A stretch of 64,000 bases of DNA, taken from NCBI RefSeq assembly GCF_020745735.1, contig NC_083409.1:9537534-9601533 (forward strand). Reading direction: 5' to 3'. The stretch is from Hemiscyllium ocellatum. Its lineage: Eukaryota. Both the position numbers and the translations under genes were made by a program. Under the pieces are notes generated by a model that was given only the letters and a program-made list of their open reading frames with translations, had not been told where the DNA came from and searched no databases. Shown in pieces: positions 48,700 through 62,499 of the stretch; the stretch's first letter is position 1; every line of letters begins with the position of its first letter.

Positions 48700-51600
48700 C
48701 TATTGTGTTCTGGGAGTCATGCTCGGGAAAGTATGTGAACACATTGGAGAGAGTCCAGAAGTGATTTACACGAATATTCCAGGGATGAGGTACTTCAATT
48801 GGGAAGAAAGATGGAAGATGTTGAGACTGTTTTCCTTGGAGAGTTGAAGGCTGAGAGGAGATTTGATTGAAGCTTTCAAAATCATGGAGGGTCTGGACAG
48901 AGTGACTAGGGAGAAAGTGTTACAGTTCCTAAAAGGATCAAGCATGAGGGGGCACAGACTCAAGGTTATTCACAAAGAAACAAAATTAACACAAGAAGAA
49001 AATCTTCTCACACAGCAAGCAATTAGCATCTGGAATGCACAGCCTGGAGTTGTGGTGGAAGCAGGTTCACGTGGAGTACTGGGCGGTTGGTTAAACAGAA
49101 ACAATGTCTGGGGTCATTGGGAAGAGGCAGGAAATTGGCAGAGTCATAACACTCATTCAGAGAGCTAGTACATGCTCGATGGACCAAAGGACATCTCCTG
49201 CACCGTGACAACTTCATGATTCTGTTGTTAATTTCACTTTTAACCCTTTAGTGCTATCCAATGTTATTTCCAATTATGTCACAGAATACAGGGTGGTCAG
49301 GACCAAAGTATGAAAATTGACAATAGTGACATTGCCAATGAAAAGTAAGAAAGGTGAGCACAGTGACTAAGGAATTACACTGTATCATTATCTACTGAGG
49401 AGGAAGATGCCAGCTGGCTGTTCCATGGATATTAATGTTGGCTCAGTGATGGGCACTCTTCAAAATTAACAACAGCAACGTAGTATATAATGTTACTAAA
49501 TGATGACAAACCCTCAGGATTAGGTGGTTTCTATCATCAAATTTTGAAGGAAGCTGGTCAGAACATTTCTGATGCTCTGACTTTATAATCTTCAAAAGTT
49601 CTCTCCATTTTTTAGCATTCATTTAAATGGGAAAATTGTTCATGTCATTCCACTGTTTAAGAAAAGTGAGAGATTACAACGAAAGAATTACAGACCTGTT
49701 AGCACAACATCTGTTGCTAGAGAATTACTACAGTGGTTAAGTAAGGTTAAGGCGACTGTAAACCTTGAAAATGTTCAGCTAATCAGAGACAGGCAGTACA
49801 GATTTGTCAATTATAGGTCATGCCTGATGGAACTTGCCTGATTCTTTTTGAAGGGTTTACTAAAGTAGTGGAGGAGGGAATTGAGCTTAAACATCTCAGT
49901 CCAAGGACATCACTGCAGGAGTTCCTCAGGGTAGTGAGTCAGGATCAACCACCAAGAAACTTTTCTGATTCGGTATGTGGATGTACCAAATAGAGAGGGT
50001 GATCTACGCTTGGGAAATAAGGCAGGACAAGTGACTGAGGTGTCAGTGGGGGAGCACTTTGGGGCCAGCAATCATAATTCTATTAGTGTTAAAATAATGA
50101 TGGAAAAGGATAGACCAGATCTAAAAGTTGAAGTTTTAAATTGAAGGAAGGCTAACTTTGACAGTATTAGGCTAGAAAGGTAAAGGACAGCTGGGAAAAG
50201 GGAAGCCAGAGACAGTGCATTCCTGTTCGGGTGAAAGGTAAGGCTGAAAGGTGTAGGGAATGTTGGATAACTCAAGAAATTGAGGCTTTGGTTAAGAAAA
50301 AGTAGGAAGCTGGTATAGACAGCAGAGATCGAAAGTATAAGGCAATAGGAGTATATTTAAGAGGGAAATCAGGAGTGCGAAAAGGGGACATGAGATAGCT
50401 CTGTCAAATAGGATTGAGAAGAATCCAAAGAGTTTTTTTTATAAATACATTAAGGACAAAAGGATGAGAACTGGGGAGAGAATAGGGCCCCTCAAAGATC
50501 AGCAAGGCAGCCTATGTGTAGAACCACAGGAGATGGGGAAGATAGAAAATGAGTACTTTGCATCAGTGTACTGTGGAGAAGGAAATGGAAGAATGTGGGG
50601 AAACAGATGGTGACATCTTGGAAAATGTTCATATTTCAGAGGAGGAAGTGCTGAAAGTCTCGAAATACATAAATGTGGATAAATCCTAAGGTCCTGATTA
50701 GGTGTACCCTAGAATTCTGTGGGAGGCTAGGCAAGTGATTGCTGGGCCCTTTGCTAAGATATTTGTATGATCGATAGTCACAGGTGAGGTACCAGAAGCC
50801 TGGAGGTTGGCTAATGTGATGCCCCTGTTTAAGAAAAGGGGTAAGGAAAAGCCATGGAACTATAGACTAGAGAGCCCGACGTCGGTGGTGGGCAAGTTAT
50901 TGGAGGGAATCCAGAGGGACAGGATTTACAAGCATTTGGAAAGGCAAGGACTGATTAGGGATAGTCTGTATGGTTTTGTCCATGGAAATCATGCCTCACG
51001 AACTTGATTGGGGTTTTTGAAGAAGTCACAAAGAAAATTGATGAGGACAAAACAGTGCAAGTGATCCAAATGGACTTCAGTAAGGTGTTCGACAAGGTTC
51101 CTCATGGGAGATTGGTTAGCAAGGTTAGATCTCACAGAATACAGGGAGAACTGGATATTTGGATATAGAACTGGCTCAAAGGTAGAAGACAGACACTGGT
51201 GGTGGAGGGTTGTTTTTCAGACTGGAGGCCTGTGACCAGTAGAGTGCCACAAGGATCGGTGCTGGGTCCACTACTTTTCATAATTTATATAAATGATTTG
51301 GATGTGAACGTAAGAGATATAGTTAATAAGTTTGCAGATGACACCAAAATTGGAAGCGTGGTGGACAGCGAAGAAGGTTACAACAGAGTACAATGGGATC
51401 TTGATCAGATAGCCAATGGGCTGAGGAGTTGCAGATGGAGTTTAATTTAGATAAATGTGTGGTGCTGCATTTTGGAAAAGCAAATCAGAGCAAGACTTGT
51501 ACACTTAACGGTAAGGTCCTACAGAGAGCTGCTGAATAAAGAGGCCTTGGAGTGCAGGTTCATAGTTTCTTGAAAGTAGAGTTGCAGGTAGATAGGATAG

Positions 51601-52530
51601 TGAAGGAGGTGTTTGGTATACTTTCCTTTACTGGTCAGAGTATTGAGTACAGAGAGTTGGGAGGTCATGTTGCGGCTGTACAGGACATTGGTTAGACCAC
51701 TTTTGGAATATTGCGTACAATTCTGGTCTCCTTCCTATCAGAAGGATGTTGTGAAACTTGAAAGGGTTCAGAAAAGATTTACAAGGCTGTTGCCTGGGTT
51801 GAAAGATTTGAGCTGCAGGGAGAGGCTGATTTGGCTGAGGCTGTTTTCCCTGGAGCGTCGGAGGCTGAGGGCTGACCTTATAGAGGTTTATAAAATTATA
51901 AGGGGCATGAATAGGGTGAATCGACAAAGTCTTTTCCCTGGGGTCAGGAAATCCAGAATTAGAGGGCACAGGTTTAGGGTGAGAGGGGAAAGATATAAAA
52001 TGGACTTAAGAGGCAACTTTTTCACGCAGAAGATGGTGCATGTATGAAATAAGCTGCCAGAGAAAGTAATTAGATTAGATTACTTACAGTGTGGAAACAA
52101 GCCCTTCGGCCCAACAAGTCCACACCGACGCGCCGAAGCGCACCCTCCCAGACCCATTTCCCTCCATTTACCCCTGCACCTAACACTACGGGAAATTTAG
52201 CGTGGCCAATTCACTTAACCTGCACATTTTTGGACTGTGGGAGGAAACCGGAGCACCCAGAGGAAACCCACGCAGACACGGGGAGAATGTGCAATCTCCA
52301 CACAGTCAGTCGCCTAAGGCGGGAATTGAACCCGGGTCTCTGGTGCTGTGAGACAGCAGTGCTAACCACTGCTGGTACACCAGTGGTGGAAGCTGGTACA
52401 ATTACAGCATTTAAAAGGCATCTGGACGGGTAAAAGAATAGGAAGGGTTTAGAGGGATATGGGCCAAGTGCTGGCAAATGGGACTAGATTAGGTTAGGAT
52501 ATCCTGCCAGCATGACAAGTTGGACTGAAG
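48700..52530 (+). mobile_element. CR1 LINE fragments with a minus-strand SINE inserted at ~52070-52370
   Basis: VPQGSVLGPLLFIIYINDLD..KFADDTKIG and LVRPLLEYCVQFWSP; SINE body on the minus strand. Confidence 0.88.
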
Positions 52531-53629
52531 GGTCTCTATGATCTTCACTGCTACATCTTCAATCACAAGGTTGACCACGCTGCAATAAATCACCCAGATA
52601 CTCCAAATCCATGGCCTCACCATCCAGAACGCCAAGGGCAGCAGAGGTGGAAATGTATCAGTGTTCTTCTACTGTGGTGAGATACAGATCTTGTAACTCC
52701 ATCTCCAACAGCAGTGTGTGTACCCATGCAATGTACACTCCATATACCCCATTCTCCAGGGCTATTAGGGACAGGCAGTAAATGGTACCCAGACACCACA
52801 AACATGCGAGGGGAAACAGATTACGGGTTTTTACATGCCACATGACCTGAGGTAGGGTAAGGCAGGAGAGGAGAAATTAACTGCTGGGTGAACTGACTCA
52901 GCTGCTGGGAGATGGACAACTCATGCAGCCTGTCTCTTATTGTGGCTGTGCTACCTATTTATTTCACCATTGAAGACAGTCCCCTCAGCTGTCGAGGCCC
53001 TAAGCTCTGAAACTGCCTTTCTGTCTCTTTTTCATCCTTCATGCTGCTCCTTAAAACCTATCCCTTCAATAAAGCTTTGGGTCATCTTGTTTCGTAATGC
53101 CTTATATGGCCTGTGGTGATTTTATTTTGTCCGATAACACTCCCACAAAGTGTCTGATCTAAACAGGATTGTCTGGAAGTATCCATAAAGTTTAGTCAGC
53201 ATTTGTGGGGAAAGGTACAGATAACATTTCAGGGGCTGATGTTCTTTCAAACTCAATTTACTTTTTCTGAAAAGGGAAATGCTGTTTGAAGCTTTTAATT
53301 TTGTTCTGATCAGGACAGAATTGCAAGAATACCAAATCTCAAAGGATTATGTTGATTTTGTGGCAGGTCTAGGTCCTTGCGTTCTGGTTTTCTTTGTTTT
53401 GTTTTTGCATGTGCCTTCACGTTTTATGATGTTGGACTGAGTCCCCTGTGAGATAATGCACCTTTCCAGAGGAAAGATTCCTCTGTGGGTCAGCCTGGTC
53501 CTTTGTGGGTGGACTTGACCTTTGGAAAGACTGAACACCTGTGTGTGTGCTGGGAGGTGAGCATTTGCTGCTTCCTGGATTGGACCCTGATTTGGATGGG
53601 TCACTACTTCCTTGGGAAGAGCTCATTCA

Positions 53630-54200
53630 TTCATCAGCGCTGCTGGAGGCGGGGCCAGTGACGTCACGCCACCCACCACGTGGTATTTGCTCACGTGATC
53701 ACAGGAACCACCCCCTGCTGGTCTTGCCTCAACATGGCGGCAATGAATCGATTGGTCCTTATTCGGTAAAAAAAAGTTGAACAGACTGAAGTGAAACCGA
53801 TTATTCAAGCTGTACTTATATTTAAAATAGTAGTTTATAATAATTGGAGTGCGACCGATTCCGTTGCCTTGCACGAATTCCTCCTTTTCCCTCAGTGGGG
53901 GAGGGTATTCTCTGTGTCCGTGTATTGTTTGGGAGGTGGACCCGCCGATGCCGGCTCCGGGGTTGACCGGGACAGCGGGGGAATGACGTTTTAGAGAAAG
54001 CCGTGAGGTTATCCGCCGTGGTGTCATTGCGCAGGCGCGGTACGATCGGACGCAGTGTCATTGCGCAGGCGTGGGATTACAGGCCTGAAGTCGTGCGCAG
54101 GCGCGCCTCTGACGGCCAATGTGTCGTTGCGCAGGCGCAGCATGACCGGCCACGGTGCACGAGTCTTTGGATCGCGGGGAATTCAAATTGGAACGGCTCA
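53630..54200 (+). promoter_or_regulatory. CpG-island, housekeeping-type promoter
   Basis: GC box 53648-53655, CRE TGACGTCA 53659-53666, CACGTG at 53677 and 53692, CTCF-like 53708-53721(-), YY1-like CAACATGGCGGC over the ATG, four TGCGCAGGCG NRF1-like sites at 54028, 54062, 54094 and 54128. Confidence 0.8.
53734..53765 (+). CDS. Putative first coding exon of an unidentified host gene (MAAMNRLVLI-R)
   Basis: Good Kozak context (aacATGG) in the CpG island; donor CG|GTAAAA. Confidence 0.5.
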
Positions 54201-55005
54201 GTGTCAGAGAGAACAGCCCAGTGAGGCTTGGAGCTCCTCTCAGAGTCAAATCTAACACCAAGACTGTCCAGACTGGCTTCACCTACTGTTACAATGGAGC
54301 GGCGATTCAAAGCAATTACTTTAATCTACAGTTGGAGGAAATCCCTGCTCATCTGTGATTCCGGAAAACAAAAATGTAGTGGATGTGTGTGTCCTGCTGG
54401 TGCAGCATTATTGTTCACACCGAGTTACCTTTGAGTAGGTGGCAGTGGGCTGTCTTGAACCACTGCAGTGTGTGAGCTGTAGGTAGATCCGCAGTGCCCT
54501 TGGGTGGAGTTCCTGGATATTGAACCAGTGATAGTGAAGGAGTGTCAGTATATTTCTAAGTTAGGATGGTGAGTGGCTTGAAGAGGAATTTGCAGGTAGT
54601 AGTTTTCCCATATATCTGACTTTGTTCTTTTAGATGGAAGGTTTTATTTTTGAAGCAGCTGTTCAATAACTGTCATAGTTGAGGAGGGAATAAAGGTTAA
54701 ATTTATTTTGGCTACAAACACATCCATAGAATTGGGACTAAATGAGAACAGCCCCTGAGTTGCCGGCTGGATACCAGAGGAGAGGTGTTTTAGGAGGATT
54801 GTGTGGTAGATGGAGATGTGTGTAGATTGAGACGGAGAAAAAAACAATTTACTTCGGTCATCGTGTTGGATGTGACTTGGTTAAGAGTCATTTAAAAAAT
54901 GTGGCAAATTACGAACTTGATTGGAAGGATTTAAATGTAGAATTTGGGAAAGATGAGCACAGATTTGAGGCAACAACATGTTATATGAAAATTAGCAGGC
55001 ACTGA

Positions 55006-56654
55006 TGTTAAAGTACAGATTTGAGATGGCCCAGGGAATCCCTTGTGACCTCAGACCTGTAAGCCTCTCTTGGTTTGTCCTGGCGATCGTACTGAGTCTG
55101 GCATAGCCTGGAATAAAACCATCTTACAGACAGTTTAGTTTAATTTTAGTCTTCCCCTTTATTTACCAATAACATCACTGTTACAACATAACACTGGTAC
55201 TTATTAGCCAAACTAGTTAAGGTTCTAAAACCTGAGGAGAGTAGTGACCAGCTCTCTGTCACAAACAGGGTTCCTTTATACAACATTTTACAAAAACACT
55301 GCATTTGATTAGACTTAAACAATTCATTAAACAGACAATATTGGAAAGGCAGTTATTCATAAGGAAGAGAAGTTAATTGACAGGTCCGTGTGTGCCTAAT
55401 TAATTACTCCTACAGCCCGTAGTCATCCATCAGGTGGGAAAAACTGATTCAGCCGAGTCAGGCACCTGTTGGTGGTAGAGTCCTTTCTATAAGGAGGCAC
55501 CAGTCAAAACTAAGTGGGAGAAGTCATAAGGTAACCTCGCATGTCAGGTCTCATGTTTCACAAAATGGCTTCTTAGCTCGGGAAGGCAAACTTTGACTGT
55601 AAAAACTGGCTTCCTCATAGATTGTGTCAGAATCTCTTCAATGTTGGGTTAGAATAATTTTTAAACTAGGAGCAGACTCGAGCTTTTTATCTTAAGAAAA
55701 CAATCATTCTGAACCTGAGGCTGAATTGTTTCTGTAAGGTTGTATTTCAAATGATTCATTTGTCTCGAATTAGACATTTTTTTTCTCTTCAGGATTCTGA
55801 CTCAAATTCAAAGAGGACATCGATCTGGCTTGTTAGAATTGACGGTGGGGCAGTCATTGCCTGTAAGAATAGCAAGTAAGTTAAAGCTTTGTCAGCATTA
55901 CCCTTTTACAGAATTTGCATTTTATACGATGGTTTCTCAAAATAATCATAAAGTTCCACAATGCAATTATGTTCAAAACAAGGGTTATAGAGAACCCCGG
56001 AACAGGATACTGATTGTGGATAATCAGCCATGGCCATAATAAATGGTGGTGCTAGCTCGAAGGGCTGAATGGCCTACTCCTGCACCTGTTTTCTATATTG
56101 AATCCACAACAAGTAAGCGTGCATTCAAACCAAACCACAGTTAATTTTCTATTGGCTTTGGCAATCTCAGCGTTATAATGTTGTTCTCTCATTCTCTCTC
56201 TAGTGTCTTTTTGAACACCCAAGTTAGGGACTGTAACAGAATAATGTTTTTCCCTTTCTGTCTACCGAGCCTGCAAGGGTAATAAGAATCCAGTATAATT
56301 GCTATGACCTGACCATTAATTACAAGGCTTTTGACATGCTTGCAGGATGATACCAAGTCAGAGATCAGAATCAAACAGTCATTAATTTCACAAGTAAACA
56401 CACGTGAGTGTTATCACTCTATGTCCTGTTTACACAGATTCATTGCTGTTAAGGCAAATGTTCTTAATTACTTTGGAGCATCCTGTTACCACTTGGTGAG
56501 AACAGATGTTTTTATCTTCTGCACATCCTGGGTTCCCCCTTTTGTGGCCTGGTGCCTCCCTGGCTGTCCTGTTTATTTTCTACTGTGCAACAAATGTGTT
56601 CTATAATTCAACATTACATTTAGTCGAAATGTTTTAAGGCTATAAACTTTCTCA
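55006..56654 (-). mobile_element. ERV 3' LTR, long form (1649 bp), including a short CR1 tail at ~55990-56100
   Basis: TG..CA ends; polypurine tract AAAGGGAGGGAA at 56655-56666; TATAAA ~55275-55280 and AATAAA ~55158-55163 on the minus strand; both ends align to 62779-63422. Confidence 0.8.
55793..55875 (+). CDS. Putative exon 2 (83 nt), in frame with exon 1
   Basis: Strong acceptor ttttttttctcttcAG and donor CAA|GTAAGT; the splice gives MAAMNRLVLIRILTQIQRGHRSGLLELTVGQSLPVRIA with no stop. Confidence 0.4.
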
Positions 56655-56719
56655 TTCCCTCCCTTTGTCATTTCATGACAACTACATAGCTTATACAAGT
56701 ATAATTAGTCCATTCAGTC

Positions 56720-59200
56720 TATTTGTATTCTCAATAATTTGAGTGCTTCCTCCTGCGAGTCATTGTCCGGAGGATCAGAGAGGAAAGATACTGGATTTCG
56801 ATGGAGACGTTCAGACGTGGAGCTACAGAGGTAGGCAAGGGTCGATTAACAAGATTGCTTTTTGCCTTAGCCAAAGAGGAATGTATGGTCCATTCCATGC
56901 ACAAGTGGACGACACTGTATATTCCTCAGATGAGACTGAGGACTATCAGTACCTTCCACATGATCCATCCAGACAGCGACCAAAGCCAGCAATTAACACT
57001 CTATCCATATGGATCGGACAACAGTTGGGCAGGTATCTTCCCTGCACCTTGACCCGTTTTGTTGATAACATCTATGTTGTCCAAAATGTCTTTAGAAAAA
57101 TCATTGATGTAGATGCAACATTGCGGGCCAATAACAGAACAAGCACCTCCTCCTTTAGCAAGGAGGAAACCTAGCACTAGCCAATTCTGAAGTGTGACCA
57201 TCCAGGTCTCCTGTACCTCTTTGTTCACCAGCTTCAAAGCGTGGGCAGTTGAGTTGGCAAGTTTTCTGATGTCATATGCAAGGTCAGTTGTCTGATCTCG
57301 GGCCTTCTCAACATCCCAGCCAGGAGTAAGGCCTCCCAGCAACTTGCATCACCAGGTTTATTGATGGAAAGTTGTGTAAGTCCTGTTTGTATTTCCTTAT
57401 TTCCTCTACTTTTTGTTCCATACTGCTTCACATGTTGGTAGGCGTTCATTCATCACCTACCTCAGATACTTCATGGTGGAGGGTAACAAATGGTAAATTT
57501 TGTACGAGGGCACAACATTGGTACCAGTCATTGGGTAGATATGGGTAGCCTTTGTTTTCACATCGCCAATGAAGGCTAAAAGGAGTTCCAAAGGCGCACT
57601 TCTGTGAGTGAATGACGGGTCCACACAGGGCAAGACCTGACTCTAATAAACAGCGGGTGCTATCAAACGTTTGGATGTCCAAGTGTATTAATGAATGAAG
57701 ATCAGGAGTATCACCAGTGTCTTTGATAACATTTTTACACAGTGCTGGCTTCACATTCCCCATGTCGTGAGTGGCAGAAGTTCTTTCAACGCACCATTCT
57801 AGTGCACTTCACACAGCGACGTGCTTCTTCTACCGAATGGGTTTTGCCAGCATAAGTGAGGGGTTGCATAAGTGTGAGAGTCCTATTTGTACACTGGACA
57901 TCAGAATGATGGAAGAGTGAGCAAATAACACACGGATCAAGGGTTTAGCTTGAATCAAGAAACCATTGGTAACAGATGGGAGATTGGGAGTACATAGTAT
58001 TTTTGATCTTTCTTCAGCTTTCCATTATGTCGTCTGAATTACAGTAGCTATTGAATATAGGAACTGTATACAGAGGAACCTTGATTATCCAAGTGAGATG
58101 GGCTGGCACTATTTCATTCAGATAATTGATTGATTATTTGGTTAATTGATTTCCTCTGGGTCTGCGAAGTCTGATCCCCGATCAGGAGACTCAGCAAAAG
58201 CACATTGCTTGCGAGAACCTGTCTGCCCCCAACCCCATCGTCTGTCCAATCCCAGCCCGCCCCCCTCGCCCGGTCCCAACCCCACTCCCCCAACTCTGCA
58301 CCCCCATCCATCCCCACCCACCATCCGAATCCCCGACTGCGTGCTTCCCCCCCCCCCCCCCCCCCCCCCCCCCCACTGTGGGGCAGCCGGACTGTACACC
58401 AATAGTAAGACTGCTGCTGCCTTTGTGGGATAAGTCTCCAAATAGCGCGTGCAACATTTTGACAGGTTCTGCCTCTGCCCTGTACAGGGCAACGTTGGAG
58501 TGATAATCTGGGGATTTGGGGGGGGCGTGGTTTGGCATTCACCTCTGTGTAGAAGTCCAGGGAGAGTGTTGGGGGAGGGAGAGAGAAGGCAGGTCAGCCA
58601 TTTGGAGATGGTTCCTGGACTGTTCAGGACTGTCCTCGGCAGCATTTCAGTGAGCTGAATTTGCTTTTGCTCATTGTACCTGTAAACGGAAGACGTGATC
58701 AGGATTGAAATTGCTCTTTGACGTAATGTTTCTATCGGGACCTTAAGATCACCTTCGGATAATCCAATATTTGGATTAATGAGGAACCTATGTAAAGGTA
58801 TTTCTGTCAGTGGTGGTAGGTCAGATAGGAGAAGATGCCATTGAGAAGGCATAGGTTGTCTGTCTCATGGCGAAAGGTGCCTGAGGGTTTGGTGATTTTG
58901 GTACTATGTGCTCAATACTGTAATCCGTAAGGTTCATTTTGAGGGGGGAACAGACAAACATTTCAAAGTAACAGTTTTCGGTTGATGGAGTGGCTGAGGT
59001 TATGGAATTGTGCCATCTCATGATGGCTGGCATGGAAGTGTTGCGAGGATGATGACAAGGTCGAGAGTGATATTTGGATACAAAATGTGAGCAGTTTAAC
59101 CGAGTTTCAGCTGGGTAGCTGCATTCATAACTTCCAATGTATTAGTACAGGTTTCATATATACAGTACCTTGGAGTTTTAGCCAGTCTAAGATATCATAG
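56720..59200 (-). pseudogene. env: ERV env, gamma-type, disrupted
   Basis: TM LQNWLVLGFLLAKGGGACSVIGPQCCIYI (ISD-like plus CX6CC), membrane anchor WLWSLSGWIMWKVLIVLSLI; stops, frameshifts and a G-rich insertion at ~58215-58395. Confidence 0.85.
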
Positions 59201-59205
59201 GTCGG

Positions 59206-61180
59206 TTACATCTGGACGTATGTACTTGGGTTCGGTTTTCGTCGGATACCTGTATCAGTACTAACACAGGACTGTGAGGGGGATACACACTTGCAATGTC
59301 CTTTGTCGACCCATGTTGAACATCCTTCTACCTTTACTGCAGTTTCAGTTGTCAGAAGAGCTTGATAAGGACCTTTCCAGCGAGGGCCCAATGTTTGATG
59401 ATTAAAGTCTTTCAATCGGATGTAGTCACCAGGGTTGATATTTTTAAGCATTGGAGCTCGCTCTTCATCCTTCCCTGGTACTCGATAGGCTGCTTTGACC
59501 TGTTGATGATACGACTGCAATGCTTTGGTCAGCTTAATCAGATACGTGTGCATTTCTTCTGCCATGATATGCCCATCAACAGGGTGTTGGGGAGTTAATG
59601 GTGCAGACCAGGGAGTCCTCAGGAGCTTTCCATATATCAGTTCAGCCGCTGAGAATCCCGTCTTTTTCTATGTCATGGTTTTCTCATATTTAAAAAGGGC
59701 TTTTGGGAATACTTGAAGCCAATTACGACCAGTTTCTTTCACCAACTTGCTGAGCTGACCTTTTTAACTTACAATTGGCTCTTTCTACAATTCCCGCTGC
59801 TTGGAGATGGTTGGCACAATGGAATTTCTGACTTGTATTCAAATTCTTACATAGTGGCTTGGTTAGCTCCGCACAGAAGTGGGAACCATTATCGGAAAAG
59901 ACCATTAATGGTATTCCAAATCTGGGTATGATTTCCCTCAACAGAATTTTACAAGTAGTTGTTGCTGTGCAGTCAGTACACGGATAAACTCCAATCCATT
60001 TGTTAAATACATTGATTATCACTCAGCAATACTTATAACAATGGCATCTTGGTGACTGTCTAAAATTTCAATGGATCGTGTCAAAAGGTGCACTTGGCAA
60101 GGGAATTTCACCTGGGAGACACTTCACTCCTTTCCTGAGATTAATGTTTTGACAAATTTGGCAATTTGAAGCTGTTTGTTTTGATTTTTCTTGCAGGTGG
60201 GAATTCCACCAATTTGGAGAATTCTGTCCACCATTCCCTCCTTAACTTTTCCATGTGTATGTGTATGAACATGATCAACTAGAAAAGGCAGAAGTGAATC
60301 GGGCAGACATGTGTATTCTACCAGCGTAACCCAAAGCTTATTGTAGCTATTTACATAACAACAATGGTTCATCCATTTTTGTTTTCATTAATAAGAGGTG
60401 TCTCCCTGATGGATCCAAATTTCTTTTAGGTCAGGCAGGGTCGGGGTGTGAGAAGAGAAATCGGAGAGTCTCCCTTTGGTTTCTGATTCGTCATTTGAGT
60501 AACCAGGTCTTTTTGCTCAAAAGCTGTTTTCTCAGCAGCTGTGTCAGCGGCATTGGTGCTTTTAGTGACATCAGCAGCATCAGAGGAGTGAGCCGAACAT
60601 TTGACAATTGCCGATTGAAAGGAAAGTTGATTAGCACTGAGGAGATTAGCAACATAGGCAGCATTGAGGCTCGGGGTTCCTGATGAGGTAAGGAAGCTGT
60701 GCTGCTGCCAGAGTTCATCATGGGCACATCCAAAGGGAATCAGTATCGATATGAGCTGACTTTCCTTCAGCAAGTATGCAGGCACGGGTGAGAGCAAGGA
60801 GTTCATCTTGCTGGGCGGGGCAGGGTGGATCGACGGAATAATCTTCTGTTGGATGGGACAAAGTGACAATCGTGTATCCTGACATGTGTTTGCCCTCTGG
60901 AGATAGAGAAGAAGAACCATCGAATGGAGCGTGGTTAATGTTACAGCAGTATTTGAAGGGGAGAAGTGGATTCTAAAGTAATGAAATCTCATAGCAACTT
61001 AGATGAGCCACAGTTCGGTGTTGAGTATGTTTAGAAGTAAGTAAGGATACCACGGAATGTGAGATACAGACTTCTACATTTTGATGTAAAGTTATACTAG
61101 AGACAGCCAATACCATAGGATGGATGGTGAGGAGAATCTGGGTGCAGGAAGGCATACCCTGTGCAACAGGATCCAGCTTA
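59206..61180 (-). pseudogene. pol: ERV pol remnant: RT connection, RNase H and integrase only
   Basis: KLDPVAQGMPSC; AQQDELLALTRACILAEGK; IVKCSAH..NAADTAAEK; LLREIIPRFGIPLMVFSDNGSHF..AAGIVERAN; PRWKGPYQALLTTETAVKV. No protease or YxDD core seen. Confidence 0.88.
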
Positions 61181-61189
61181 GTGGAGTAT

Positions 61190-62499
61190 TAGGCAGCAGG
61201 GCACCAAGAGGAGCCATGTTGCTGGGTAAGAACTGCTATAGGATGGAAAGGATGGAAAAGGGTTTTGTGCAATAAAAGGGCAAACCTGCTGAGGTCCCTG
61301 GGGAGGGTGACCAAGAGGTTGCCAGCTGCTTCCACTCCGGCGATCAACCGGGGGCTGCTTTGGGAAAAGGCAGTTCTTGGACCAATGTCCAGGTTGATTA
61401 CGGTTGAAACAAATGTGTGATTGTTGGGGGACTCGAGGAGCTGGGGGAGGCAGTGAAGATGAGTGAGAGGATGGGTAAGGGGCACCATGGACTGTTGGGG
61501 AGGATACAGAGGAGGACCCCAAGATCCATTGGGATGTTGTGTATCCACGGTACCAGTAAAATGCCACAGACGGTAAATACTAATTAGGAGTCAGGGTTGG
61601 AATTGCCAGCCTGTACATTGATCTAATCCTGCTCATCGAAATTTTAAATTGTATTCTGGTTGTTTTAAAGTCGAACTGAAATACTTCTCTTGGAAAAAAC
61701 TAACAAGGTTTTGGTTCTTTCAGCAAGGCATCATATCCTTTCACCATCTGGTTAAAGAGTACAAGCTGGTTTTAAAAGCAGCAGTTAGATTTGATCAAAA
61801 TCAGTGGCCTTCAGTTCCCTTATCAGTGCAACTGTAGCACTCCTAACACACAGGGACAAATGATTCATTGGGGAAGGGCATGGCCCTTAGCACGTTCATC
61901 CTCCGAATGGGGAGGGGAGTTCTGGCGATGTTTTGTTTTATGCAGCATGTTTGCCTTGGCCGTACTGTGGGTGTGTTTTGAGGGGGGACCCGGAGGAAGT
62001 CGGCTGACAGGACGGGAGGCGTAAAATATTTCCTCCTCTGTATCAGTGTCCCATTCCTCATCCGCAGATGGATCAGGATTCTTTAGTAATGGGTCTTTGG
62101 GAGAGGTGGGGTATAAGGAACTGTCTTTGTCGTCAGTCTGGTCCTGCGCGGCTACAGCTGCAGTCTGTTGTTTATTCACCGGGTTTCCCTTTTCTTTGGG
62201 ACCCCTGACATTTCAGCGTAGGTTCTGAACCTTTACTTTGTTTGATTTTCTCCATCGCCAATTCCAGTTCTGCTTCTAAATCATGTGCTTCACATTTGCA
62301 TTTTAGTTCTGTCCAATCTAGTTCAGATCCTTCCTCAGTTAATGGACTAATTCCCCTCGTAATACAGTTTTGTCTCCATGATGATTGCATCGCTTTGTCC
62401 CATTTTTCCCTATCTACCTTTTCCCACGCTGATATGGCTTCTTTCTGTTTACTTCCCTTTTTTCCCCAAATCCCTTGTTCACTTTTAATGCGCACCCAT
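61190..62499 (-). pseudogene. gag: ERV gag remnant
   Basis: ATG-GGT (MG) start at 62499; MA-like region; degenerate zinc knuckle CFNRNQPGHWSKNC; capsid appears largely deleted or decayed. Confidence 0.7.

Noticed and set aside
55793-55875. BCKDK/PDK identity from the LPVRIA motif
   Set aside because: The flanking residues and the N-terminal position do not match the kinase context (YLQQELPVRIAH).
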